From contig CAZHPR010000001.1 of assembly GCA_964534305.1 (NCBI GenBank), forward strand, positions 26,944 through 90,943: a stretch of 64,000 bases of DNA, in the 5' to 3' direction. Each line of letters starts with the position of its first letter. Position 1 is the stretch's first letter. This stretch comes from an uncultured Candidatus Saccharibacteria bacterium (GTDB lineage Bacteria; Patescibacteriota; Minisyncoccia; Phycocordibacterales; WO2-35-19). A program made the translations under genes and the position numbers. The notes under the pieces were generated by a model. It was not told where the DNA came from and did not search any database. It saw only the letters and a program-made list of their open reading frames with translations. Below are positions 27,541 through 36,939 of the stretch, in pieces.

Positions 27541-29712
27541 ATGCCTATCCAAAAAGAAATAAAAATTACCGAACAAACCCCCATAGAAAACTTGTTTAGA
27601 CTCTCCCCTTTTCAAAAAAAGTCTCTCCAGTCAATGGGAATAAAAAACGTACTATCTCTACTCAGATATTTTCCAAGACAATATGAATCACCAAATAGTA
27701 TAAAAGCAATAGAATACATATTGCCTGGAGAAAACGCGGTTATATTTGGAAAGATTAAACACACAAAAGCTAGAAAAACATTTAGGAGTAGAGTGGCAAT
27801 TACAGAAGCAGAAATAGAAGACGCTTCCGGAAAGGTAAAGGCAATTTGGTTCAACCAGCCTTATATATCAAAGATGTACGGGGAAGGAGAGGAAGTAAGA
27901 ATAGAAGGCAAGGTTTCAGAAAAAAATGGAGTTCTCTGCTTTTCAAACCCCAAGATAGAAAAGCTGGGAGAGAAAATGGTGGGCGCTGGAGGGTCGCTCT
28001 TTGGGCCAGAATCTGACCATTTTTTAAATCCAATTTATAGAGAGAGCCGGAATATCTCGTCCAACTGGATACACCACTCGATCCAAAAGATTTTTAAAAG
28101 TGGCATCCTTGAGACATTAGAGGACCCAATACCCGAAGATATTTTAAAAAAATACAACCTACCAAAACTCAAGACAGCACTTATATGGATACACACCCCC
28201 AAAAAACTAGAAGACAGCGAGGTGGCAAAAAAGAGGTTTGCCTTTGAAGAAATCTTTCTGATTCAGCTAGATCGTCAAAGAGAAAGACTGATGGCAAAAA
28301 AAGAAAAATCTTTCAAAATAGAAAAAACAAATACTGATATAGAAAATTTTATAAAATCATTCCCCTTCCCTCTTACTTCTGCGCAAAACAAAACCTTGGA
28401 TACAGTTTTGCAAGATTTTAAAAAGGGAGAACCAATGTCTAGACTCCTCGAAGGAGATGTGGGGAGTGGCAAGACTGCCGTCGCCGCAAGTGCTGCCTAT
28501 GCGGCGATTTCAACCCCACCACCCGAGAGAAAGTATGGAGCGCTACAAGTCGCCTACATGGCACCAACAGAGATACTTGCCGAACAACACTTTGAATCCT
28601 TTATAGAATACTTTGCAAAATACAACATCCAGATAGGGTTGCTCACAAGTAGCGGCGCAAAAAAGTTTCCTTCTAAAATAAATAAGGGTTGGACCAAAAT
28701 ATCCAAACCTCAACTACTCAAATGGGTAGAAACCGGAGAAATACCGATACTTATAGGCACCCACTCACTTATACAGAAAAAGGTGAAGTTCAAAAATCTA
28801 GCTTTTATAATCATAGATGAGCAACACCGCTTTGGAGTAAAGCAAAGAATGGAACTCCGCAAAAAACACGATATAGTACCGCACCTTCTATCGATGACAG
28901 CAACCCCAATCCCCCGCACCTTGGCACTAACCATCTTCGGAGACCTTGACCTCTCAGTCCTAGACGAACTTCCTCCGGGCAGGAAACCAGTAGAGACAAA
29001 AATAGTTTTGCAAAACGAAAGAAAAGCAACTTATGAAAAGGTAAGAGCAGAGTTAAAGACTGGTAGGCAGGCCTATGTAATATGCCCAAGGATAGACCCG
29101 TCTGATCCAAATAACGAATTCGCAATAAATACAAAGTCAGTAAAAGAAGAAGCTGAAAGTCTAAAAAAAATATTCCCAGAATTCAAGGTAGCTCTTCTTA
29201 CCGGCAAAATGAGTCCAAAAGAAAAAGAAGACACAATGCGAGACTTCAAGGACGGCAAGTATAATATTTTGGTTGCTACTTCTGTGATCGAGGTTGGAGT
29301 AAATGTACCAAACGCCACGACAATAATAATAGAAAATGCCGAACGCTTCGGTCTGGCCCAGCTCCATCAGCTCCGCGGTAGAGTCCTAAGAAGCTCCTAC
29401 AAACCATATTGTTATGTCTTTGCAGACACACAATCAAAAACAAGCCTTGATAGACTAAAGTCTTTTGCTTCTTCGAGCAATGGATTTTTGCTAGCAGAAG
29501 CAGATTTGAAACAGAGAGGGGCGGGCAATCTCCTAAGCGGCAAACAATGGGGAGTATCCGACATTGCCATGGAAGCACTAAAAAATATCAAGATGGTAGA
29601 GGCCGCGAGAGAAGAGGCGGTAAGAATAGTAGAAAATGATTTTGATTTAGATAACTATCCCCTCTTACACAACTTGGTTGTAAAAAAAGAAAAACAAATC
29701 CATTTGGAGTAG
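27541..29712 (+). CDS. recG: ATP-dependent DNA helicase RecG
   Basis: LLEGDVGSGKT, MAPTEILAEQH, DEQHRFG, MTATPIPR, QLHQLRGRV. Confidence 0.98.
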   Translation: MPIQKEIKITEQTPIENLFRLSPFQKKSLQSMGIKNVLSLLRYFPRQYESPNSIKAIEYILPGENAVIFGKIKHTKARKTFRSRVAITEAEIEDASGKVKAIWFNQPYISKMYGEGEEVRIEGKVSEKNGVLCFSNPKIEKLGEKMVGAGGSLFGPESDHFLNPIYRESRNISSNWIHHSIQKIFKSGILETLEDPIPEDILKKYNLPKLKTALIWIHTPKKLEDSEVAKKRFAFEEIFLIQLDRQRERLMAKKEKSFKIEKTNTDIENFIKSFPFPLTSAQNKTLDTVLQDFKKGEPMSRLLEGDVGSGKTAVAASAAYAAISTPPPERKYGALQVAYMAPTEILAEQHFESFIEYFAKYNIQIGLLTSSGAKKFPSKINKGWTKISKPQLLKWVETGEIPILIGTHSLIQKKVKFKNLAFIIIDEQHRFGVKQRMELRKKHDIVPHLLSMTATPIPRTLALTIFGDLDLSVLDELPPGRKPVETKIVLQNERKATYEKVRAELKTGRQAYVICPRIDPSDPNNEFAINTKSVKEEAESLKKIFPEFKVALLTGKMSPKEKEDTMRDFKDGKYNILVATSVIEVGVNVPNATTIIIENAERFGLAQLHQLRGRVLRSSYKPYCYVFADTQSKTSLDRLKSFASSSNGFLLAEADLKQRGAGNLLSGKQWGVSDIAMEALKNIKMVEAAREEAVRIVENDFDLDNYPLLHNLVVKKEKQIHLE

Positions 29713-29756
29713 AATATTGAATCTAGTAAAAAATGAGGTATACTCTATTCTATTAA

Positions 29757-29830
29757 CCGCCCTTAGCTCAGTTGGTTAGAGCACAGAGCTTATACCTCTG
29801 GGGTCCTAGGTTCGAATCCTAGAGGGCGGA
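29757..29830 (+). tRNA. tRNA-Ile(TAT)
   Basis: Acceptor stem CCGCCCT/AGGGCGG, D-arm GCTC/GAGC, anticodon stem CAGAG/CTCTG with loop CT-TAT-AC, T-arm CTAGG-TTCGAAT-CCTAG, discriminator A. Confidence 0.93.
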
Positions 29831-29870
29831 CAAGCGTTAGAAAAAACTCAAATACTTGTGACGACAAACA

Positions 29871-30347
29871 CTATGAGTTTGCGAGAGCGCAAGTTGTATC
29901 GGTTGCACCAAAGTTTGCCCAGGTGATTTGTCTAGAGACGCCAGTACTATCTACACACCATCCTAAAGCTGAGCTGCTTCGAAGCTGCACAGCAATAACA
30001 TAAGCAGAAGCACTTGAAACACACTTTGCCGCAGTAGCGGCATTTTGGCCGCTTTTGGCAACAGCATCGTCTATGTATTGTTGAACAGCAGTATCAGAAA
30101 ACCCGCCAGCAACAGCCCCTCCACAGTTTGCTGTATAAGCCTGGACACCATAACTATTCGGGGTTTGGCTTCCATAATAAAGCTCCATTGCAGCTCTAAG
30201 CCCAGAAATATTAGACTTTATAGCAGAATCAGTTGCTCTCGTTCTTGATTGATTGAGAGAGACGAGAACAATAGAAGAAAGAACACCAATAATAGCAATA
30301 ACTACCAATAACTCTATAAGAGTAAAGCCTTTCTTAGAATTTATCAT
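29871..30347 (-). CDS. Type IV pilin
   Basis: KKG/FTLIELLVVIAIIGVLSSIV prepilin site; four Cys; WCVDS motif. Confidence 0.92.
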   Translation of the reverse strand: MINSKKGFTLIELLVVIAIIGVLSSIVLVSLNQSRTRATDSAIKSNISGLRAAMELYYGSQTPNSYGVQAYTANCGGAVAGGFSDTAVQQYIDDAVAKSGQNAATAAKCVSSASAYVIAVQLRSSSALGWCVDSTGVSRQITWANFGATDTTCALANS

Positions 30348-30404
30348 ATATATATGATACCTCCCCACAATAAAACCGCCATCTTTTTATCCACAATAAA
30401 TTAT

Positions 30405-32318
30405 TTATGAAGAAGCCTCCTGAGCCCTTTTGGGTTGGATGCCGTTTGCAATAAGCATACTTTCAAATTCTTCTCTTTCTATAGTTTCCTTTTCTATGAG
30501 TCTCTTTGCGATCGCATCTAGAAGTGGTCTGTGATCATTTATTATTTTGTTTGCCTTTTCAAAAGCATCATTCATTATTTTAGAAACCTGTTGGTCTATC
30601 ATCGCCCCGACTTCTTCTGAATATTCCTTTTCGTTTACGCCCTTTCCAAAAAGTGGCCGGCCCCCAGAAGATTCTAGCGCAATAGGACCGAGGGTCTCAG
30701 ACATTCCATATTTTGTAACCATGTCCCTTGCCATTGCGGTAGATACTTGCAAATCATTTGATGGACCAGTCGTGATATCGCCAAAGACTATTTTTTCTGT
30801 CGCATAACCACCAAGCGACATCGCAATATCATCTAAAAACTCGTTTCTGCTTTGTAGCTTCCTATCTTCTATTGGAAGCTTGAGAGTATACCCCGCTGCC
30901 CTTCCACGAGATATGATAGAAATCTTGTGTACCGGATCAGCGAATGGCAAGACGCTCGCAACCAAAGCGTGCCCAGCTTCATGGTAAGCAGTTATTTCTT
31001 TCTCTTTATTTGAGAGTATATGACTTCTTCTTTCAGGACCAAGCATCACCTTTTCTATTGACCTGATAAGATCGTACTGAGAAATCTTGGTCCGGTTTTC
31101 TCTGGCAGCAAGGATCGCGCCCTCATTCATAAGAGAGTAGAGGTCAGCACCAGAAAATCCTGGTGTTCTCTCTGCAATTACAGAAAGGTTTACATCTTCG
31201 GCAAAAGGTTTCTCTTTTGAATGGATCCTGAGTATCTCTTCTCTGTCTCCCCTATCTGGCAAATCTATAGTGACCCGTCTATCAAACCTACCTGGACGAA
31301 GCAAGGCTGGGTCAAGTACGTCTGGCCTGTTTGTCGCCGCCATTATCACAAGCTTTTCGGTCGGTTCAAAGCCGTCCATCTCTACCAATATTTGATTGAG
31401 GGTTTGCTCTCTCTCATCATTGCCTCCGCCCAAGCCTCCCCCTCGCACTCTACCCACCGCGTCTATCTCATCTATAAAGATTATTGCTGGGCCAGTTTTC
31501 TTTGCCATCTGAAAAAGATCACGCACCCTAGAAGCTCCTACTCCCACAAACATTTCAACAAACTCAGAACCAGAAATAGAGAAGAAAGCAACGTTTGCCT
31601 CTCCTGCCACAGCCCGCGCGAGTAAGGTCTTGCCCGTACCCGGAGCTCCCATAAGGAGTATTCCCTTTGGAATTCTTGCTCCTATTTCAAAAAATTTCTT
31701 TGGATTTTTTAGAAAATCTACGATCTCAAGCAGTTCTTCCTTTGCTTCCTTGCAACCCGCCACATCCTTAAAGGTAACTCGCTTACTAGAATCATCTGGG
31801 CTTGTTATCCTTGCTCTTGATTGCCCAAAGGAGAAGGCTTGCATCCCAGCGCCCTTTATCTGTCTTGTCATCATATAAATAAATACCGCAATAAAGAGTA
31901 TTGGGAAAAGTATCGGAGAAAGGTTTATTATCCAAAACAACACCCCTCCTTCTTCTTTGACATCAACCTTTACTTTGCTCAACTCTTCTGGGGTTACTCC
32001 ATAAGCAAAGAGAGATTCAGAGATGTTTGAGGTGCCTTCTTTTTTGGAAGTTTTTGTACTATCGTCCAGAAACTTTGCTTCTATGCTTCCACCTTTGACC
32101 ACCATCTCCTTTACATTGCCCGCCCTCACCGAAGAAGCCAACTCTGAAATACTAACGACCTCTTTATTTTTGCTACCATCAAAAACTGAATAGAGCGAAA
32201 CTATAATCAGTATTATAAGTATGGTAGATACAAAGGTGCTAAAAAAAGAGTTACTAAACTTTGGACCGGAGGCATTTGAAGACCTCTTTTCTGTTTTTTT
32301 GTTGTGTGTTTTGGCCAT
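30405..32318 (-). CDS. ftsH: ATP-dependent zinc metalloprotease FtsH
   Basis: Two TM helices, [20 protein letters not shown]. Confidence 0.99.
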   Translation of the reverse strand: MAKTHNKKTEKRSSNASGPKFSNSFFSTFVSTILIILIIVSLYSVFDGSKNKEVVSISELASSVRAGNVKEMVVKGGSIEAKFLDDSTKTSKKEGTSNISESLFAYGVTPEELSKVKVDVKEEGGVLFWIINLSPILFPILFIAVFIYMMTRQIKGAGMQAFSFGQSRARITSPDDSSKRVTFKDVAGCKEAKEELLEIVDFLKNPKKFFEIGARIPKGILLMGAPGTGKTLLARAVAGEANVAFFSISGSEFVEMFVGVGASRVRDLFQMAKKTGPAIIFIDEIDAVGRVRGGGLGGGNDEREQTLNQILVEMDGFEPTEKLVIMAATNRPDVLDPALLRPGRFDRRVTIDLPDRGDREEILRIHSKEKPFAEDVNLSVIAERTPGFSGADLYSLMNEGAILAARENRTKISQYDLIRSIEKVMLGPERRSHILSNKEKEITAYHEAGHALVASVLPFADPVHKISIISRGRAAGYTLKLPIEDRKLQSRNEFLDDIAMSLGGYATEKIVFGDITTGPSNDLQVSTAMARDMVTKYGMSETLGPIALESSGGRPLFGKGVNEKEYSEEVGAMIDQQVSKIMNDAFEKANKIINDHRPLLDAIAKRLIEKETIEREEFESMLIANGIQPKRAQEASS

Positions 32319-32370
32319 ATTTTTACTATTATAACATAAAAAATAACCATTTTGTGCTATTATTCTGGCT

Positions 32371-32814
32371 ATGAACCTAGTTCAAAATAAAAAGGCACAT
32401 TTTAATTATGAAATACTAGAAAAATACGAAGCAGGTATTGAGCTTTTGGGTTTTGAAGTAAAATCTCTAAAAGCTGGCCAGGGCTCACTAGAAGGCTCTT
32501 ATATAAAAATCCGCGGAGGAGAAGCCTTTGTTACCGGTATGAATATCCCGCCCTATCAAGTAAACAACACTCCAAAAGAATACGACCCCGCAAGAAGCCG
32601 CAAATTACTCCTTACAAAAAAAGAAATAGCGGAGCTAGAAAAAACGGAACAAAAGGCTGGATTGACAATAGTACCACTTTCGGTGTATAATAAGGGTAGA
32701 AAAATCAAGATAGAACTTGCTGTAGCTAAAGGCAAAAAGACTCATGACAAAAGAGAGACTACCAAGAAAAGAGAAGCAGATAGAGAGATTAGAAGAACTT
32801 TGAAAAATACATAG
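32371..32814 (+). CDS. smpB: SsrA-binding protein
   Basis: NKKAHFNY, EAGIEL.G.EVKSL, RKLLL, KGKKTHDKRE. Confidence 0.98.
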   Translation: MNLVQNKKAHFNYEILEKYEAGIELLGFEVKSLKAGQGSLEGSYIKIRGGEAFVTGMNIPPYQVNNTPKEYDPARSRKLLLTKKEIAELEKTEQKAGLTIVPLSVYNKGRKIKIELAVAKGKKTHDKRETTKKREADREIRRTLKNT

Positions 32815-32955
32815 TTGTCTACCAAAAATTCCCGAAAAGGAGTTGCGGAGCGAATAAAAATAAAATTTCAAAAGTCTGGCCGAAGCTTGCCCTCAAGCAA
32901 GCGAGGAGACCCGAGGACTTTTGCAAATTTTGATTTTTATGAGCGACTACTTTTC

Positions 32956-33373
32956 GGGGATGATCGGCCTAGACAATAAGAATATCTTTATAAATGCCAA
33001 AGAGAGCTGTGGTGACTCTTAAATCCGCCATAAATGATAACTGCAAACAAGGTTGTCACAAAAGCTAAGTCCGTTGCTTCTCCATACTTTGGGGTCAACG
33101 ATTTCGCTTTCGCTTACGTTAGAGCTTAATTAAGTTTCTTTCCTAAGCGACGCTATCCTTCTTATGTCTCATACGGAAGATCATGGTGTAATAAATTGAG
33201 GCTCTGGAAAATAGTTCTCCCCTATTTTCCGAAATGTTGGGAGATCGAAACTTTAGAATTTCGTCTGTTTGTATCTAGAGTTTTTAAATGGGCCTAGCCC
33301 AAAAAGCAGTCTATCTCTGGTAGAAATTTATAAAATACCTTATTGCATGCGCGTTCGATTCGCGCCATCTCCA
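32956..33373 (+). ncRNA. ssrA: tmRNA
   Basis: Acceptor stem GGGGATG/CATCTCC with the G3-U alanine identity pair; T-arm GCGCG-TTCGATT-CGCGC; tag ORF at 33043-33129; adjacent to smpB. Confidence 0.93.
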
Positions 33374-33482
33374 CAAAATTAACGAGCGAACAAGGTGAGC
33401 GACTATAATTTTGTAGGACCCTGAGTTTATCGAAGGGTTTTTAATTGTGTCCTTACTTTCCAATAATGTTAAAATAAATAAA

Positions 33483-34094
33483 ATGAAATTTATCAAATTT
33501 ATTTTTGTGGGTATTCTTGTAACACTAGCCGGAGAATACCAAATCAATATACTTATACACCAACTACCAGTTGAAAAATACCTGATGGTGTTTGTTGTCT
33601 ATTCTCTACTGGTAAGTATTTTTTACATTTTTGGAAAATTTTTGGATAAAAAATTTTTATCCGCAAAGGCTGACTTGATTTACTATTTTGTAGCAGGATT
33701 TGTAGGTCTTGCGTTTGAATGGTTTGTTATAGGAAATTCTTTATACGAAAACCCAAGTGCAAATCAAGCTGGTATGTTTTGTTGGTGGACAGCTGTATTT
33801 TTGATACCTAGAATATTTACCAAAACTTCTAATCCAGACTTAGAGATAGTAAAGAAAAAAATATACTACGTACTTATTCCCTACTCAATAATTTCATTAA
33901 TAATAGTCTCTCTAATTCCAGCAGACCCTGTTATGGCAAGAATTGCCGTTACTGCACTGGCTATGATATTTAGTTTTGTTTTTGTTAATTATTATTTGAT
34001 ACGTTATCTAATCTCACAAAACCCACACTTAAAGAAAAAGTTGACTTATTTCTATATAATTTTGGTTATACTAGCTCTCGTAAATTTATTTTGA
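33483..34094 (+). CDS. Multi-pass membrane hypothetical protein
   Basis: About 7 hydrophobic segments; likely start at ATG 33483. Confidence 0.75.
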   Translation: MKFIKFIFVGILVTLAGEYQINILIHQLPVEKYLMVFVVYSLLVSIFYIFGKFLDKKFLSAKADLIYYFVAGFVGLAFEWFVIGNSLYENPSANQAGMFCWWTAVFLIPRIFTKTSNPDLEIVKKKIYYVLIPYSIISLIIVSLIPADPVMARIAVTALAMIFSFVFVNYYLIRYLISQNPHLKKKLTYFYIILVILALVNLF

Positions 34095-34106
34095 TAGATT
34101 TAACAA

Positions 34107-35015
34107 ATGAATCTGTTTAAGAAAAAGATAAGAGTGGCGACGCACAATGGAAGCTTCCATGCTGACGAAGTGTTTGCTATCGCTACCCTCTTAATTTGGG
34201 CTGATAAAAAAGGCTTTAAATTAGATATAACAAGAACTAGGGATGAGTCGTTGCTCAGCGAAGCAGATATCGTTTTGGACGTAGGTAGTATTTATGACCC
34301 AGAAAAAAAGAGGTTTGATCATCATCAGAAGGATGGAGCGGGGGCACATGAAAACGGTATCCCCTATGCGTCCTTTGGCTTAATCTGGAAACATTTTGCA
34401 AAAGAAATCTGTAGTGAAGAAGTAGCGGAAGATATCGAAAAGAGACTCGTGCTACCCATAGACGGCAGAGACAACGGTATGAATATTACAAAAGCTTTGA
34501 GAGAAGACCTACTGGAATACACCTTATCAAAGGACATAATATCCGCATTCAGACCAACCTGGAAAAACCCGAACGATAATGACAAAAACTTTTTTGAAGC
34601 AGTTTCTTTTGCAAAGACACTTTTGGAAAAAGAAATAAGGAATTCGGCAGAGACAATAGAAGGAGAAAATATAGTAAGAGCAGAAATTGAAAAACAAAAA
34701 GAGCCGGAGATTCTCCTGCTTGAGCAAGATCTCCCTTGGGATTATGTAGTATCAAAGTTTAAAAATATAAAATGCGTTATCTACCCAGAGTCTGATCAAG
34801 ACGCTTGGTGCGCTGAGTTTACAAAGGACAACCCAAAAGATTTCACAACCAACCGAGGCGAATTTAACCCAGAATGGAAAGGTTTAAGAGATGAGGAGCT
34901 AAGAAGAGTAAGCGGAGTAGCGGGGGCAATCTTCTGTCATCGCGGTGGCTTCTTTGCCGTCGCAAAAACAAAAGAATCCGCTATTGAAATGGCTCTCCTA
35001 TCCCTAAAAAAATAA
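34107..35015 (+). CDS. MYG1 family protein
   Basis: THNGSFHADE, RTRD, DVG..YD....FDHHQ, FCH.GGF. Confidence 0.93.
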   Translation: MNLFKKKIRVATHNGSFHADEVFAIATLLIWADKKGFKLDITRTRDESLLSEADIVLDVGSIYDPEKKRFDHHQKDGAGAHENGIPYASFGLIWKHFAKEICSEEVAEDIEKRLVLPIDGRDNGMNITKALREDLLEYTLSKDIISAFRPTWKNPNDNDKNFFEAVSFAKTLLEKEIRNSAETIEGENIVRAEIEKQKEPEILLLEQDLPWDYVVSKFKNIKCVIYPESDQDAWCAEFTKDNPKDFTTNRGEFNPEWKGLRDEELRRVSGVAGAIFCHRGGFFAVAKTKESAIEMALLSLKK

Positions 35016-36152
35016 TTAATTACAACTTGTATCTCCAATGGATAGCCCAGCAGAGATTGCTTGTGAGCTGCCATAAGAATCAACGCACCATAATCCTTTT
35101 GTATCTGGTAAAGTAGAATACATCGCATAAGACTGACCGCTTGATCGACACCCGACCATATTTTTAGCGATAAGATCTTTTATATAAGATATTATATTAT
35201 CATCTCCAAACATCCCCCCTGTACAACTATTAGTTACCACACCATAACTTCCTTTTTGGTTGTAGTAAATTTCTGCATACGCCCTGACTCCAGATAATTT
35301 GGACACTACATCATTGTTTGTAATAGAAACAGGAGGAATCTTTTCTTCATTACTACTTAACGACTTTAGAACAACTTTTTCTGTAATTGCACTTTTATCA
35401 AAATCTATAACAATCCTACCGTCCGCATTTTGTATATCAGACAATTTTGAACGATAGGGAGTAAAATCATCCATACCATATATTAGATCAATCCTATTAA
35501 CATCCACAGGTACCCATGTATGTAGAGAAACCTTCCTATCAGAGAGCGGTTCAATATTATAGCTTGAAAAAGGGACCGCCCCCAAAGAAGCGAGCCTTGC
35601 CACAACCTCTCCATTTCTTGATTCGTAATAAAGTATCTTTATTATGTCGCCAGTTACGTTAATTTTACTATTGTTTGAAACGTCTATATCAATACCGATT
35701 AAAGATTTGTTACTGGTTTCTGGATCAGAGGGATCATTGCTATAACACCCGGCAAGACGCACTAGATTTGTTACTTCTTGTGGAAAATTTTGAGAACAAC
35801 CAACAACTTCCAACCCCTCAACTCTAACAATTTTTGAAATAGAGAAATCTACACTAGGAAAAGCTTGCATTTGAAATTTACCCTTCTCAAGATCTTCAAC
35901 ATAACTAATAGAATATTTAGAATTTCTCTGGTCATAACTATTGTAATCAATGTTTTGCCCCTGCTCTACTAAACCTGTTGCTGTTTTATACTGATCCAAC
36001 TCTCTTTGTTTATTTAGAAGTTGAAGTAATAAATAAGCGACAGCCAAAATCACTGCAACAATCAAAATAACTAATAAAATTCTTGTACGTTTTGGATTAT
36101 TTGAAGAAGAGTTGGTCGTATTGATATTTTGAGGAGCTTGATCAGGGTTCAT
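35016..36152 (-). CDS. Membrane-anchored protein with a C-terminal pilin-head-like domain
   Basis: N-terminal TM helix; C-terminus LSGVRAYAEIYY...SYG...WCVDSYG resembles the pilin at 29871-30347. Confidence 0.75.
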   Translation of the reverse strand: MNPDQAPQNINTTNSSSNNPKRTRILLVILIVAVILAVAYLLLQLLNKQRELDQYKTATGLVEQGQNIDYNSYDQRNSKYSISYVEDLEKGKFQMQAFPSVDFSISKIVRVEGLEVVGCSQNFPQEVTNLVRLAGCYSNDPSDPETSNKSLIGIDIDVSNNSKINVTGDIIKILYYESRNGEVVARLASLGAVPFSSYNIEPLSDRKVSLHTWVPVDVNRIDLIYGMDDFTPYRSKLSDIQNADGRIVIDFDKSAITEKVVLKSLSSNEEKIPPVSITNNDVVSKLSGVRAYAEIYYNQKGSYGVVTNSCTGGMFGDDNIISYIKDLIAKNMVGCRSSGQSYAMYSTLPDTKGLWCVDSYGSSQAISAGLSIGDTSCN

Positions 36153-36327
36153 AAAATATAGTTAGCGGCTAATATTAAAATTATACCAATAATTAAAATT
36201 TTAGCTGTAAGTCTTGGTACCAAAACAAACGAAAACCGCCCGGACGCTTGCGCGACCCGGGCGGGTTGTGAGAGACGATAGTTGGCTGCCTCTCAAAAGA
36301 ACATGTCCTGCCAACTCAGGATGAGGA

Positions 36328-36738
36328 TCAGGAGTCCTTCGGAACCCCTTCACCCAAGAAAAGAGCAGCGTACTCGGGGGTCAGGAAGTGATTGATGGCT
36401 TCCATTGGAGTCATCTCCCCCACCTCCTTGTACTTGTAGGGTTCAGCTCGGAATGTTGGATCCTTCGGATCCAACATCGAGCACACCGTCGCCGTACTCG
36501 ACGATTCCATCCTCTCTTCACAGGAGGGAACCCAAGCCCCTCGATCGTCCTTGAGCCACCCCTTCTCACAGAGGTAGGCTTCGGCTTCTTGTTCGGTCCC
36601 AAAGGGACCGACATATGGGGACGTAAATGCCATCCTCTCCTGATCATCGCCCTCCGAGAAGGGAGCGGCATGGTCAAACAGGGGGTCTCCCTTCTTGACC
36701 AACTCGCAAAGCGAACAAAAACTGACGAAGAACAACAT
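36328..36738 (-). CDS. Hypothetical protein, GC-shifted
   Basis: GGGAGG SD at 36746-36751; hairpin at 36234-36267 downstream; visibly higher GC than neighbours. Confidence 0.55.
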   Translation of the reverse strand: MLFFVSFCSLCELVKKGDPLFDHAAPFSEGDDQERMAFTSPYVGPFGTEQEAEAYLCEKGWLKDDRGAWVPSCEERMESSSTATVCSMLDPKDPTFRAEPYKYKEVGEMTPMEAINHFLTPEYAALFLGEGVPKDS

Positions 36739-36939
36739 GTAGGTTCCTCCCTTTCTTCCTATATTATAGCACCTTTTGGTTTTTGTGTCAAGAAAAATGG
36801 GGTGTTTTTGAGACGAGATTTACCAAAATATGGCTAAAAATAAGGGTATTATTGAAATAGCCGAGATTTTATAATCCCAGGTTTAATCCCATTTTAGGCC
36901 TATTTTTAGCCCTTTTACCTACTTTTGTCCTATTTTTGC

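Noticed and set aside
29060-29075. GGTAGGCAGG in recG, resembling the short palindromic insert family
   Set aside because: It encodes the native conserved RecG GRQAY motif.
32956-36800. Prophage or island integrated at tmRNA or the tRNAs
   Set aside because: No integrase, phage genes or duplicated 3' end found in the window.
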